Origin: Toensbergia leucococca | Lineage: Eukaryota | Direction: 5' to 3' | Length of the DNA stretch: 64,000 nucleotides | Assembly (NCBI GenBank): GCA_022813965.1 | Contig: JALDZS010000015.1 | Coordinates: 1 to 64,000 of the forward strand | Shown here: piece after piece, positions 12,958-24,400 of the stretch | How the letters are laid out: each line of letters begins with the position of its first letter | Position numbering within the stretch: the stretch's first letter is position 1 | Notes under the pieces: generated by a model | What the model saw: only the letters and a program-made list of their open reading frames with translations | Databases searched by the model: none | Told to the model about the DNA's origin: nothing | Made by a program: the position numbers and the translations under genes

Positions 12958-14531
12958 TCAAATCTGCCTCACATCCTTGCCCTTCATCTCGGGCCGCTCC
13001 ACCTCCCACTCGTCCCGCAGCACGGCAAACAGCGAGTCGCTCACAATGACCGACAGGCCCAGGCTCCAGACCAGGGTGATGGCGTAGAAGAAGTTGGCGT
13101 TGCCGGAGCCGGCGTAGATCCAGAGGTGATAGAAGGCGGGGCCGAGGAGGGTAGCGTAGAGGAGGGTGCAGGTTGAGAGGAAGGTGTAGCGCATTACTGA
13201 ATTCGGGGGTGGGTTAGTGCAGCTTCTCTCCTTTGCTTTTTTCGCGGAATTGCAAGTGAAAATAAGAGGCGGGAGAAAGGAAGGGCTCGCCGGAAGGGGG
13301 GGGGAGGCCAAAACTAACACGGAAAAATATGCCGATACAACGGTAGCAGCGCCAGATACAACGACGTATCCGCAATACTCGGATAGGGTTTGAAAATGGC
13401 AAATACGCCTAGCAAAGTCACGAGCACGAAGAGCGGTTGTCGCGGCAAGCGGAAACACAGCCCGGGGACGTAGCTGGCCAGGTGCAGCCAGAAGACCGCG
13501 AGGAAGAATTCGCGAAAGGGGTCGAACATTTCGGTGAAGAAGTACCACCATAGACCTGCGTTGGGGGTGAGGTCGGGGAGGAGGAGGTGGGTGCCGTAGG
13601 TTGAGGGGAGGAAGGCTGTTTTTGGGGAAGGGAGGAGGGTTGTGGATGTTGTGAGAAGGAGGAGGAGGGAGAGGGCGAAGAGGGGGAGGTGGGTTAGGAT
13701 GTGGGATTTTAGGGACTTTTGGGGGGAGGAGTCTTTTGGTGAGGGGAGGTGGGAATGGGAGAGGATGAGGAGGGGGGGCAGGAGGAGGATGGGGTAGAGG
13801 GAGAGGTAGGAGGCGAGCGAGAGGGAGAGGGTTGCTTTTATTGGTTTGGCGGTTGTGGCGCTGGAGATGGAGGTGAGGATGCTGAGGGTTGTGAAGATGC
13901 TTGTTGGGCGGCCGAGGCAGGTTGCTAGGGTAAGGGGGTTGAAGAGGTAGCTTTTAAAAGTGGGGCTTAGCTGAGGCTATTTTTTTCGCTTTGTGCGGGG
14001 GAGAAAGGGGGGCTTACGCGGCGCCAATGTAGATGCTGTCGTACTTGAAGGCATGTCGGGGTGAGGTGTAGAGGGGGGTGGATTGCGCTTCGCCGGACGA
14101 GGCGATTTGCATAAGCGCGTTGGCGCTGAGGATGTCGAGGGCTATGTAGAGGAGGTTTGTAAAGAAGGGAGATGGGAGGAGGGCGAAGAGGGGGAGAAGG
14201 AGGGGCGCCTTTTTGGTAGTGGGGTGGTTAACTATTATTTTTGTCTTTCTTGGGGGGGGAGGGTACTTGGTGGAAAACGCCGCCGTCATAGGGGGAGACG
14301 TTGTGGGTGTAGAGATAGAGCCCTTCTTGTACTGCCCATTGGATTGGCGTTAGCTGTGTTTCTGGTATTCTGGCAAAATAGCTATATACGTCTCTTGAAG
14401 CTTGTTACGGGGGTGGAGATTTCGACTCGTCCAGTCAGGAGGTCAGGGAGTGATGGGAAGGCGGTAAATAGAAGAAGTCGGAGGCCTGCTGCAGCGGCAA
14501 ACAGGAGCAATTTTCGTCTGTCAATGGCCAT
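12958..14531 (-). CDS. GAB1: GPI transamidase subunit PIG-U/Gab1, 5 exons
   Basis: RVEISTPVTSFKRLQEG, SPYDGGVFHQAPLLL, YLFNPLTLATC, DLTPNAGLWWYFFTEMFDPFREFF, FKPYPSIAD and GSGNANFFYAITL. Introns ~14332-14389, ~14209-14265, ~13951-14017 and ~13198-13318. Confidence 0.93.
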
Positions 14532-14923
14532 TATAAAGGAGTGTTAATGGCCAGACAATTTCATGTTTTCCTACTCGGTATGGAGTATCCTACGAGTTCC
14601 TTGCCATCGTTTTCAGGGTTCTAAAAATTCTTCGATTTTCTGCCACCGTCCTAAGCTACTCTACGAATAGCCTGTATGGAAAATACCGAGCTAAGGTACC
14701 TTACTCAATCTCGTACCATACTATCGCCAAATGACAAAAGCAAGTGTATCATGTTGTGCCTATCACTAACGGGTTGTAGCTCTCAAAGCATGCGAATGGC
14801 AGATATCTGCAATGCCAGTAGGATTGGCCTTTTCTCGTCAGCCCACCATCAATCCTGTCCGCCTCAGCCAATTTGGATCCAGAAGGGGATCGAAACCCAT
14901 TTGACCTGATGTCTTAATCTGGA

Positions 14924-16413
14924 TTATTTTCGCCGCACTACTACCCAATCTTGAAGAAGAGTGTTAATACGATCTACATCAAGAGATTCAGCCATGCTAT
15001 GTTCGTTAAGTCCTTGTGCAATCTGATCCAAAGATAGGAAAGGGCTTGGCCTGCTGGATGTCTGTGAAAGTGGTGTTGTGAGACCAATGTTGTCCGAGCT
15101 GACCTGTAATTGACATCCTCAGCAGTCGAAATGACTGGATTGAGCTTGTGATCTCACCTCAGAGGATGTCCCTGGGGACAGGAATTTGAAATTCGTCGTG
15201 GAAGCCTTGGAATCTGAAACTGGATCTGTCATACTCTTGCCTTGAACGAGCGAGGAAATCGGCATGGAACTTTCCACCGGCGAGAGGACTGCTGACTCAT
15301 CACCACCCTTGATATGATGAGTATAGTCAGCAAGACTTATGATGTTCAAGCGAGGGCTTACTTGAGATACGTCTATCATCTCTGGTCCCGAAGTTCGGAG
15401 CAACGGAGAGGTAATCGCAGTCGAGGCCTTTGACGCGGTAAGAAACTAGACACTTCGGTGTAGATCCAAGCGTGACCTACCTGCAAGGAACTGGATGCTG
15501 CTTGGTCAGTCAAGAGTGGAGGAGGTAGTCGTGAAGAAAATGAAGGCCGCGAAGAAAAGCAGGGTCGCTTCGAAGGTGAAGAAAATGAAGGTCGTTTTGC
15601 AGAAAAAGAAGACCGCGGGGAAAATGATGGACGAATGACTGACTTCATGCTCTTCGAAGTCCATTTCGGATCATCTTGGTCGGCGGCTTCTTCTTGAATT
15701 GCAGGCTGTGGCTGAGATGCTTGTGTTTCGGTCTTTTCCGTGTTTTCAAAGTGCAAAGATGAATCCACATTCTTAGCCCGTGATTCTTGCCCAAACACCT
15801 CACCACCCGGGATTGTCGTGCCAGGTGTCGCTGGAGATGACGATGTATTCTGGATCTGGAAGGAAGAAGGCATTCGTGCAAGGAACAAGGCAGATTCGGA
15901 CCCTGGTGTGCTTGAACACGGTGGACCAAGGAATTTCCTTATGAGTCCTCCCTGATTCCCTTTTGGAGGAAAGTCAAAGATGATTAAAATCTGATCGAAA
16001 GAGGGTGCAAGGACACATAATGGAGATTGTGCAGCTTCGACCATCACTGCATCTAGGCCTCCATAGTTATCACTGTAACTCTTCGAGATGACACGACACC
16101 GAAGATGGACAAGCAGAGATGGTAGTACCGTGGCACCTCTAGGGCCAGGCTGATCAAATGTCTCGCTGGCTAGGCATTCATAATCATGCTCCTCATATAC
16201 CACCACCCAAGCTGCCTGGGGACAGAGATCCTCGTGAGTATTTGGAGCGGTGACATATTGCCAAATCATGACGCTTCCATCATAACCTACTTTCACACCA
16301 ACGTTGCCAGGAAGATTCCAAATAGGTTTGGCGAGTTCTATCCATCTGTCACCCAGCCTCGTACGATAGCTCAAATGAGTCGCTCCGTGCATGGTCTTCA
16401 TTATTTCATTCAT
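14924..16413 (-). CDS. Hypothetical (orphan) protein with a globular N-terminal half and a Ser/Pro-rich C-terminal half, 4 exons; start uncertain
   Basis: The 372-codon ORF is joined in frame to downstream exons by GT..AG introns with branch sites (15428-15480, 15308-15361, ~15103-15158), ending ...LQDWVVVRRK*. Contains RPSFS repeats. No family recognised. Confidence 0.6.
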
Positions 16414-17347
16414 CTTGTGCTTCAAATTGTTGCTCTCGTTCGCTTGGGCGGCGACTGGTTGGCAACGGCTTGCGATGAAGTTCTTGTCACGCACGCACGC
16501 ACACTTGGTGATTGGTAAAGTTGGAAGTCAAGTCTTGTATCAGAAGCTTAGAAGAGAGGTGTAAGATTTGAAAATTGGTATTGATAAGAAGGTGGTGAGC
16601 TCAAGCTCAAAGGGCGAGAGGTTGATAATTATGTAGCCGATTGAGTAAGAAAAGGAAGTCTATACAAACTGCGCAAGACTCATCGACGTCGAGAATGAAC
16701 CCTCAAATTGATGTGTGAATGAAATAGAATCTGAGAAAGAGAAGGAAAAAGAGAAAGAGAGCGGTGGCGAATTGACGGATCCGTTGCTGCTGTCATTGCT
16801 GTTGATTTTAGGTTGTTTTGTTGTTCACTTCAAACCCCAAATTTCCTCATTTCCTCATTTCCTCATTTTTACTTTACAACGACGCCTCGGTTTCTTATCA
16901 AACCAAAGCACAGTAGAGTTCCATTTTTATCATCATCATTTGCGTCCAAGACCTTTCTAAGAATCTCTTAATGCTACGCGTCCTGGACATGACGCATCCA
17001 TGTCTTGAATATTTTCCCCGTGTCGAACAGTCTGTCCCTTGTGTTTCGCTCTCTCTATCAGACTGTTGTTCACTTTGTCTCCTCATTGTTCCTTCCTGAT
17101 CATGTCCATTCGCCGTTGTTCAATAGCTCTAGTTGCTTTCGTTCATCTCGCTCGACAACAGTCGCAGGAGCTAGGTATGTAAACCATCTCGATCTCAGGC
17201 TTCTTCCTTCAATCTACATCTTCCAAGGTCTTTCCAACACCAACTGACCCGATCTCTCAAAAACCACCAACTCAGCAAAGCCTCCATCCTTAAACTCAAA
17301 TCCGAAATCCACTTTCTTTCTGCCTAAGCGGATAAGCACACAGCGCC

Positions 17348-17668
17348 ATGTGTGTCGAAAGGTTCTACACTTGCTCAGGCTGCTTCGAGATCCTCGACGA
17401 TGGAGCCCGCTTCCGCAGTTCCGGGGGTCACAAGGAGCAAATGGGCTACGACCCGTGTTCGAAGGCCTTCCCATCCAATATCACCGGCTGTCCGATATAT
17501 AAGGTCGTCCCAACATGGAAGCCAGACTATCCATGCCAAACATGTTCCCACGAAAGAGATATAGCCTCCTCAGGAAGGAGCCTTAGAAAGCCTCAGCCGC
17601 GGCGCACCCGCCTTAATAAGGTCATGTCTCGGGAGAAAAAAGGAGGTCGCCGCGAGAGCGTAACCTAG
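17348..17668 (+). CDS. Small Cys-rich hypothetical protein (MC-x6-C-x2-C...H...C...C...C-x2-C) with a basic tail
   Basis: ATG in good context (gccATG). The Cys spacing resembles small fungal 'MC...C..C' proteins. A probable 5'UTR intron lies at 17175-17275. Confidence 0.55.
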   Translation: MCVERFYTCSGCFEILDDGARFRSSGGHKEQMGYDPCSKAFPSNITGCPIYKVVPTWKPDYPCQTCSHERDIASSGRSLRKPQPRRTRLNKVMSREKKGGRRESVT

Positions 17669-18655
17669 GTCTTTGTACGGATAGAAGCCTCTAGAATGGT
17701 GGTGTCTTGTTCGTTGTTAGGGTTTCGATAGATGGGTCAAGGCACTGAGTATGGCATGCCTTTAGATTATTTGTATTTGGGAATTGAATAGATGCTTGCT
17801 TGCATGCGATTTTGGGTTTTTTAGATAAGGTATTAGAAATACGAGTACTCCGTACAATGTTTAGCCTTAGTAGTCACAATCACGCTTCACCACCACTCCC
17901 CACTGCAAGTCATGTTCTCAAGAAACCACCTTGAACCACCTCATCCTATCTCTGGTCTTACCACATACTACACTCAACACCCGCTTCTCGTCATCCCACT
18001 GTTCTCACCCCTGCCCAAAAAACAGCTCGGAGACACTTGACTCACAAAGCACCTCCCCTACCAAGCAACCATGGTATTCATTCTTCATAGAATAAGACTG
18101 CCACCACAACCACCCCCCAAAAGATGATTCATCACCCTATCTCCACCTAGGCATCCACCCTCCACAATCTTAAAAAACTGTCAGTCTCGAAAACCCACCA
18201 CTGCTTGCAGCCTTCCCAGGAGTTTTAGGGTGCACCCTCCGACGCGCGCTTAACCAACCATCTAGCCGATCCTAGGCATCCACCCGCACCGCACTCCCCC
18301 AAAAGCCAATCAAATCCACTCTTGAATCCAAATTCCAAATCCTCATCACAACTACCAAGAATCTCCATAGCAGAAGTTGTATTTACTACTGCGGCTGCCT
18401 ACATGCCCCTCTCGCAGGAATGGGGAAAAAGTAAGGTTGAGGAAAGGATGAATGAAATACCTAGATGAAGTACAAACGGGCAAAGATCGGCAGTGAATGC
18501 CTGGAGCGATGAAGCTATTAAAGAGTCTTTGAAAAACATCTACTTCCTTCTCATTTCACTTCTCTTCACATTTACTCATCTCCCATAACCTCACAGTCTC
18601 AAACCCCAAGCACCAAACACACACCTCCCAACCCAAGAAGAACCGAACGGCAGCA

Positions 18656-19098
18656 ATGGCCGACCACGGCAACACAAACCCAGGCAACTTCGCCAATCGC
18701 CCCAAGGAGGAGGTTCAAGCCATCGCCTCTAAAGGCGGCCACGCAGCCGCTGGCCACGACGTCTCGAACACGGACACCACCATTCCTGCTACTACCACCG
18801 AAAGCGGAAACACCAACCCAGGCAACTTTGCCAACCGCCCCAAAGAGGAAGTCCAAGCCATCGCCTCCAAAGGCGGCCACGCAGCCGCCGGCCACGATGT
18901 CTCAGACATGGAAAGCACCACCACCACTGAAAGCGGCAACACCAATCCGGTGAGTCCTTTTCTGAGGTTTTGTCGAGTGGTTAGTTGAGCAAGAAAATAT
19001 GCTGACGAAGATAAATTCGAAAGGGCAACTTCGCCAATCGTCCCAAGGAGGAGGTGCGCGCTATTGCGAGCAAAGGGGGCAAGGCCTCTGGGTCGTAG
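18656..19098 (+). CDS. con-10: Con-10-like stress/conidiation protein with KGG repeats, 2 exons; intron 18950-19023
   Basis: Three copies of GNTNPGNFANRPKEEV(Q/R)AIASKGG, which is the N-terminal unit of Neurospora Con-10. Confidence 0.85.
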
Positions 19099-19331
19099 GC
19101 ATGCTAATTTGCCGCTTATGGGGTACTGTTTTTGTGCTCCGGGGCTTATTTAGTGGTTGGGAGGGAATGGCAAGTGGGAGTATTACTTTTCCCAGGTGGT
19201 GGGGGGTGGGGTGCTAAACGAAATAATGACTACTTGTGAGCTCATTGTGATGATTTTCTTTCGGTGGGGCGGGAAGGGGGAGAGCTTGTTTGGTGGTTTG
19301 TGAAAAAAAGCTCTTTAGCTTTAGACATTCT

Positions 19332-20830
19332 TTACAAGTATCTAGCAATCGAGGCGGATCGTCGTACGTGTAAGGTGCCTGGGATTCGATCAAATTTGTA
19401 CGTGGTAACTCCACGTTTTCGCCGTGAAAATTTGCCAATTTTGCACAAGGTAAATCGTTCGATTTTGCATGGGCTAAAACGTTCGATCGAGCCGGCTGAG
19501 ATTCGGTAAATTCCATATGCGAAATTGCTGAGGATTCTCAATATGATTCGATCATGTTTCGTGACTAATGGAGGAGCAGAGGCATGCAAGGTCTCTGGCA
19601 TACATCCAGGCGATGCAAATGAGATAGGGACGGTGATGCCCGTGCTTCCTATTCGCATCATTGTTCGTCCTAGCCACAAGGAAATGTCATCCTCCTCCTT
19701 ACCCAGTTCATCCATACCGAGGATAACGCCGGCGGCGATGCCTTTGGCCACATAAGCCTTTGCATTTATCACTACATTGCCACCAGAGGACCCTGTGATA
19801 TGAAGAGGTGAGTCAATTTACTGATCAACAACTTGATGACCAGTCGGGCCTTGATCAGTGATAGGACGAGGAGTGATTTCAGATTACCTTGCTGGTAGGT
19901 CATGAAGTAGATCATTGTCAATAAAGGTGATAGTGCTTCTGGTATCAATGAAAACTGAGTGAGAATTGAAGTCGTTATCCTCAAAGAGTTTTGCCTGTAT
20001 GGTAACATACCCATGGGTGGGTGGCGGTGGTTTGAGCACAACGATATGGCTAGAGGCGTGTTCATAATATTTGGCGGAATCGCTTTTGTTCAATACCAGC
20101 CGGGGAATGGGTATCTATACCATGGCAATCGACCATATGCTGTTCTAATTCAGGAGTATCTGAATAGCTTGACTTACACATACCACAAGAGGTCGGTGGT
20201 AGGTTGTAGCGACTATGTTTTGAGTCGTTGAAGTACACGCTGGCGCCGAAGTTATTGTAGTGTTCACCGAATTGAGAACCGATCTTGATAGTCCTGATCG
20301 CTCACATCTTGAATTCGGGTATTCTCCTCATTATGCTCAGCAGACTCCTCAGTACTAACTTGATAAATGACCGAGCCAGCGGCGATAAGGCGCTGAGTGG
20401 AGGGAGGCGATGGCCGTGTCGCTGGAGATGATTTTGACTTTAACGGATCGTAGGCATGCTGTGATGGGTTGTAGGTAGGATACGCCGGGGAAGTCGAAGG
20501 CTAGGTGGTTTTACCGGGGGAATTGGAGGAGGTGCACAACGATAATCACCTACAACTTGTTCCCTGGTAGCCTCCTGGGCTATAGGACTAGCCACACTGT
20601 TGGTCAAGTTGTTGATCTTCTTATTGATGGCATCAAAATGGGCATCAGAAGTCATCTTGATATCCAGGTGCTGGATGTTTTTCTCAAGGTGAAGCAGTGC
20701 TTCCTTGGACTCCTCCTCTTTGTAATTTGCCCTTGTGAGTAGATGATCTACCTTCTGCTCCAGAGTAGCGTCTGACGCAACGCTTTCGATAGTCCGGACT
20801 ATTGGTCCTGGAGGTTGAAATAGTGTTGGG
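19332..20830 (-). mobile_element. Degenerate Ty3/gypsy-like gag-protease relic (no RT, integrase or LTR seen)
   Basis: One frame reads VFIDTRSTITFIDNDLL...AR*SEITPRPITDQGPTGHQVVDQ*ID...AGVILGMDELGKE. This is the retropepsin D-T-G and ILGxD motif pair, with G>R at 19938-19940 and two in-frame TAA stops. An upstream coiled-coil/Pro-rich gag-like segment lies at 20440-20820. Confidence 0.7.
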
Positions 20831-21426
20831 GTTTTGTTGGTGTTAGAATTGCGCTTTCAATGCAAAATTGTTCTTTGCTCTGTGCTTGGTTAGACTAAGT
20901 GACCGCCGTGTTAATTGTGACATTTGGAGCGGGCTCGGGGTTTGGAATTCCCGGGGAAAGTTCGAGGGAGTCGATACTCAATGGGCCTCCTGCTGTATTC
21001 TACTGCAAGTGATGTACTGTAGGGTAGTGAGGCGCAGACTGAATGATGGACTCAAAATGCTTTGATGCATGAAATGAGTATTTGTGTAGTGCTGGTTTAG
21101 AGATGATAGAGATTCAAGTGAAGAGATTTGCGTGTGGAGAAGCTTGAAAGTACGCAGGGCTAATACGCGTATCTATTCATCCTGAAGATCATCGGAATTA
21201 GTGTAGATCAGCATATTTATCTCGTCAGAAGTTTTGATATAGAGATCCAATTATCTGCTTGAGAGAAGAAATCTTCAAGTCTTGCCTTTGCCAAGTAAAG
21301 AAGATAATATAGAAAGAGCAATTAATCAGAAAACGAGTACAATATCCGTGAGCGTAAAGTGGACAACCAGATTAAAACCCATCGAAGATAGAAAAAGCTT
21401 CTGCCCAGGGCTCCGAAGAGATCCCA

Positions 21427-24400
21427 CTACACACCCTTGAAAACAAACTCTGATTGCCCAAAGTTTACGGAAATATGGATGTCTTTATCCCCCATTCCAA
21501 TGACAGGAAATAGCTGGCCTTTAACATTAGTAAAAGCAGTCCCTGCACACCAGTAAGTGCCCGAAGTTTAGTGTATTCTTAGATCTTGACTTTACCTAGG
21601 TTCTCTCCGTTCTTCGTGAAGAAAACATTTCCTGTCCCCAAGTCTGTTCCACAACCAACAACGTCGCCGGTGCCATAAACAGGACCGTAATCATTTCCAG
21701 CCCAATCTTGCGAAAATGTTTGGCCATCATCTCCATGATATTCCCATGAACCGCGCCTCCAGCCAGGCTTTCCCTTCCGTTTGGATTTGTCCTCGCAGAT
21801 ACCGATGGCAATATCGCTATATATGAGAGAAGATCAGTAATATAGCCTGAGACGAAAAACCCAATGATAGTTACCTGTACACCCCTCCATTCAGTACGAT
21901 GATTTCAAAATAAAAAAGCTGCTTTGCCGCGGGAATTGGATGATTCGCTCGAACTTGTAGACGGTAATGAAGCTCATCAGCTCCCACAGATTCTACACAA
22001 AACTTAGCACACGGAGAACTTGTAAGCAGCCCAGGACAAAGCTATACCTCTCATTGCTTCAAGGCCATCTTCCGCAATTATTAGATCGGAAGAGATTATG
22101 GCCTTATTTAGCCTGTCAGGAATAAAGCCAATTGAATTTTCAATATTTGATTTTTTATCTCTGTGGTCTGATAATATTTCACAGATCGAGTCTTTCCGGT
22201 ATGCCAATGCAATTGTATGAGGTGTCCATCCATGAGAATCAGTGATGTTGACATCGCCTCCTTCTTCCAATAGTATTTGCACCATCGAGTCAATACCATT
22301 ACGTACGGCAACGTGGAGAGCAGTTCCATCCTTCCCAATAGCATTGGCATCACACCCACCTCTGAGCAATTGCCTGACCACGTCTTCTCGATTCAATAAG
22401 ATTGCTGTATGTAGTACAGGTATACAATCTTCAATTAAAGTGATCGTCTTTGGCGTTTCACTCTTATTCCTTGACATCCAATCATCTAGCAGAAGCATCA
22501 TCATATCTTTGCCACTTCTTTCATTCCCTACTGCTGTTTCAACCACATCCTCCGTAATCTTGATCTCTTCATCACGACAATCTAGTAGCAGTTTCATTAC
22601 CTCCTTGCCCCTTCTTTCATTCCCTGCGGCTGCCTTGACCACATCCTCTGTGATCTTGATCTCTTCACCACGACAATCTAGTAGCAGTTTCATTACGTCC
22701 ACTCCATGCCACCTATTCCCTGCTGCTGCCTTGACCACGTCCTCTTTGATCTTGATCTCTTCATCATAACGGTCTAGAAGCAGTGTCATCATCTCTGCAC
22801 CACTATGTCTTGCTGCTGCTAAGACTATACTCTCTGTGATCTTGATCTCTTCACCACGACAATCTAATAGCAGTTTCATTACCTCCATTCCATGCCACAT
22901 ATTCCCTGCTGCTGCCTTGACCACGTCCTCTGTGATCTTGATCTCTTCATCATGACGGTCTAGTAGCAGTTTCATTACCTCCACACCACACTCTTCATTC
23001 CCTGCTGCTGCCTTGACCACGTCCTCTGTGATCTTGATCTCTTCATCATGACGGTCTAGAAGCAGTGTCATCATCTCTGCACCACTATGTCTTGCTGCTG
23101 CCTTGACCACTTTCTCTGTGATCTTGATTTCTTCATCACGACAATCTAGTAGCAGTTTCATTATCTCTTTGCCACTTATTGTATTCCCTGCTGCTGCCTT
23201 GACCACATCCTCCGTAATATTGATCTCTTCATCATGACGGTTTAGAAGCAGTGTCATCACCTCTGCATCATATCTTCTTGCTGCTGCTAAGACTATACCC
23301 TCTGTGATCTTGATCTCTTCATCATGACGGTCTAAAAGCAGTGTCATCACCTTTGCACCACTATGTCTTGCTGCTGCTAAGACTATGCCCTCTGTGATCT
23401 TGATCTCTTCACCACGACGGTCTAAAAGCAGTGTCATCATCTCTGCACCACTATTTCTTGCTGCTGCTAAGACTATGCCCTCTGTGATCTTGATTTCTTC
23501 ATCACGACAATCTAGTAGCAGTTTCATTATCTCTTTGCCACTTATTTCATTCCCTGCGGCTGCCTTGACCACGTCCTCTGTGATCTTGATCTCTTCACCA
23601 CGACGGTCTAAAAGCAGTGTCATCACCTCTGCAACAAAATTTCTTGCTGCTGCTAAGACTATACCCTCTGTGATCTTGATCTCTTCACCACGACGGTCTA
23701 AAAGCAGTGTCATCACCTCTGCACCACTATGTCTTGCTGCTGCTAAGACTATACCCTCTGTGATCTTGATCTCTTCACCACGACGGTCTAAAAGCAGTTC
23801 CATTACCTTCATTCCATGCCACATATTCCCTGCTGCCGCCTCAACCATTTCCTCTGTGATTGGTAAAGACTTTTCAGCCAAGAGGATCTCCAGTACCTCG
23901 TAGCTGCCGCATCTTATAGCAATATTCAAGCCATCACATATCTTACTAGCTATAAAGTTTGCTTGAAGGCCTGGTCCACCAGCAACAAGCTTTTCCACGA
24001 CTTGAGAGAAATCAAAAGCGAATGCAGTAGAAAGATGTTCGGTCGCTGACTCAGTTACGATGTCTAATTTCAGATGGGTTCCATTCCCATTCCAACGGAT
24101 GGAGGGGTCGGACAACTGAAGACGAAGCTGACGAATCCAGACAGTAAATGGAGATGCTTCACCCGATTCGTCGAAGAAAAAGCTCAAGAGCTTCTCATGC
24201 CCACCATTAGCCCTTTGATCACCTGCCAACTGGCAATGAGCAGCCCAATATGTGTTCAGGTATAAGCCAAGATTACCTGAAACAAGTGATTCTGGTGTCT
24301 TAGGATAGGCATGTTTATCTAGGAATCGTCTTGCTGCCGGGCTTTGCGCAGCGGTGATTAGCCTAAGGAGGCCTATCTCTGCAGCCAAGGAGTTTATAGT

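Noticed and set aside
22481..23860. CRISPR-like repeat/spacer array
   Set aside because: The units are 90/96 nt, in frame, and encode protein repeats inside a eukaryotic gene; there are no unique spacers or cas genes.
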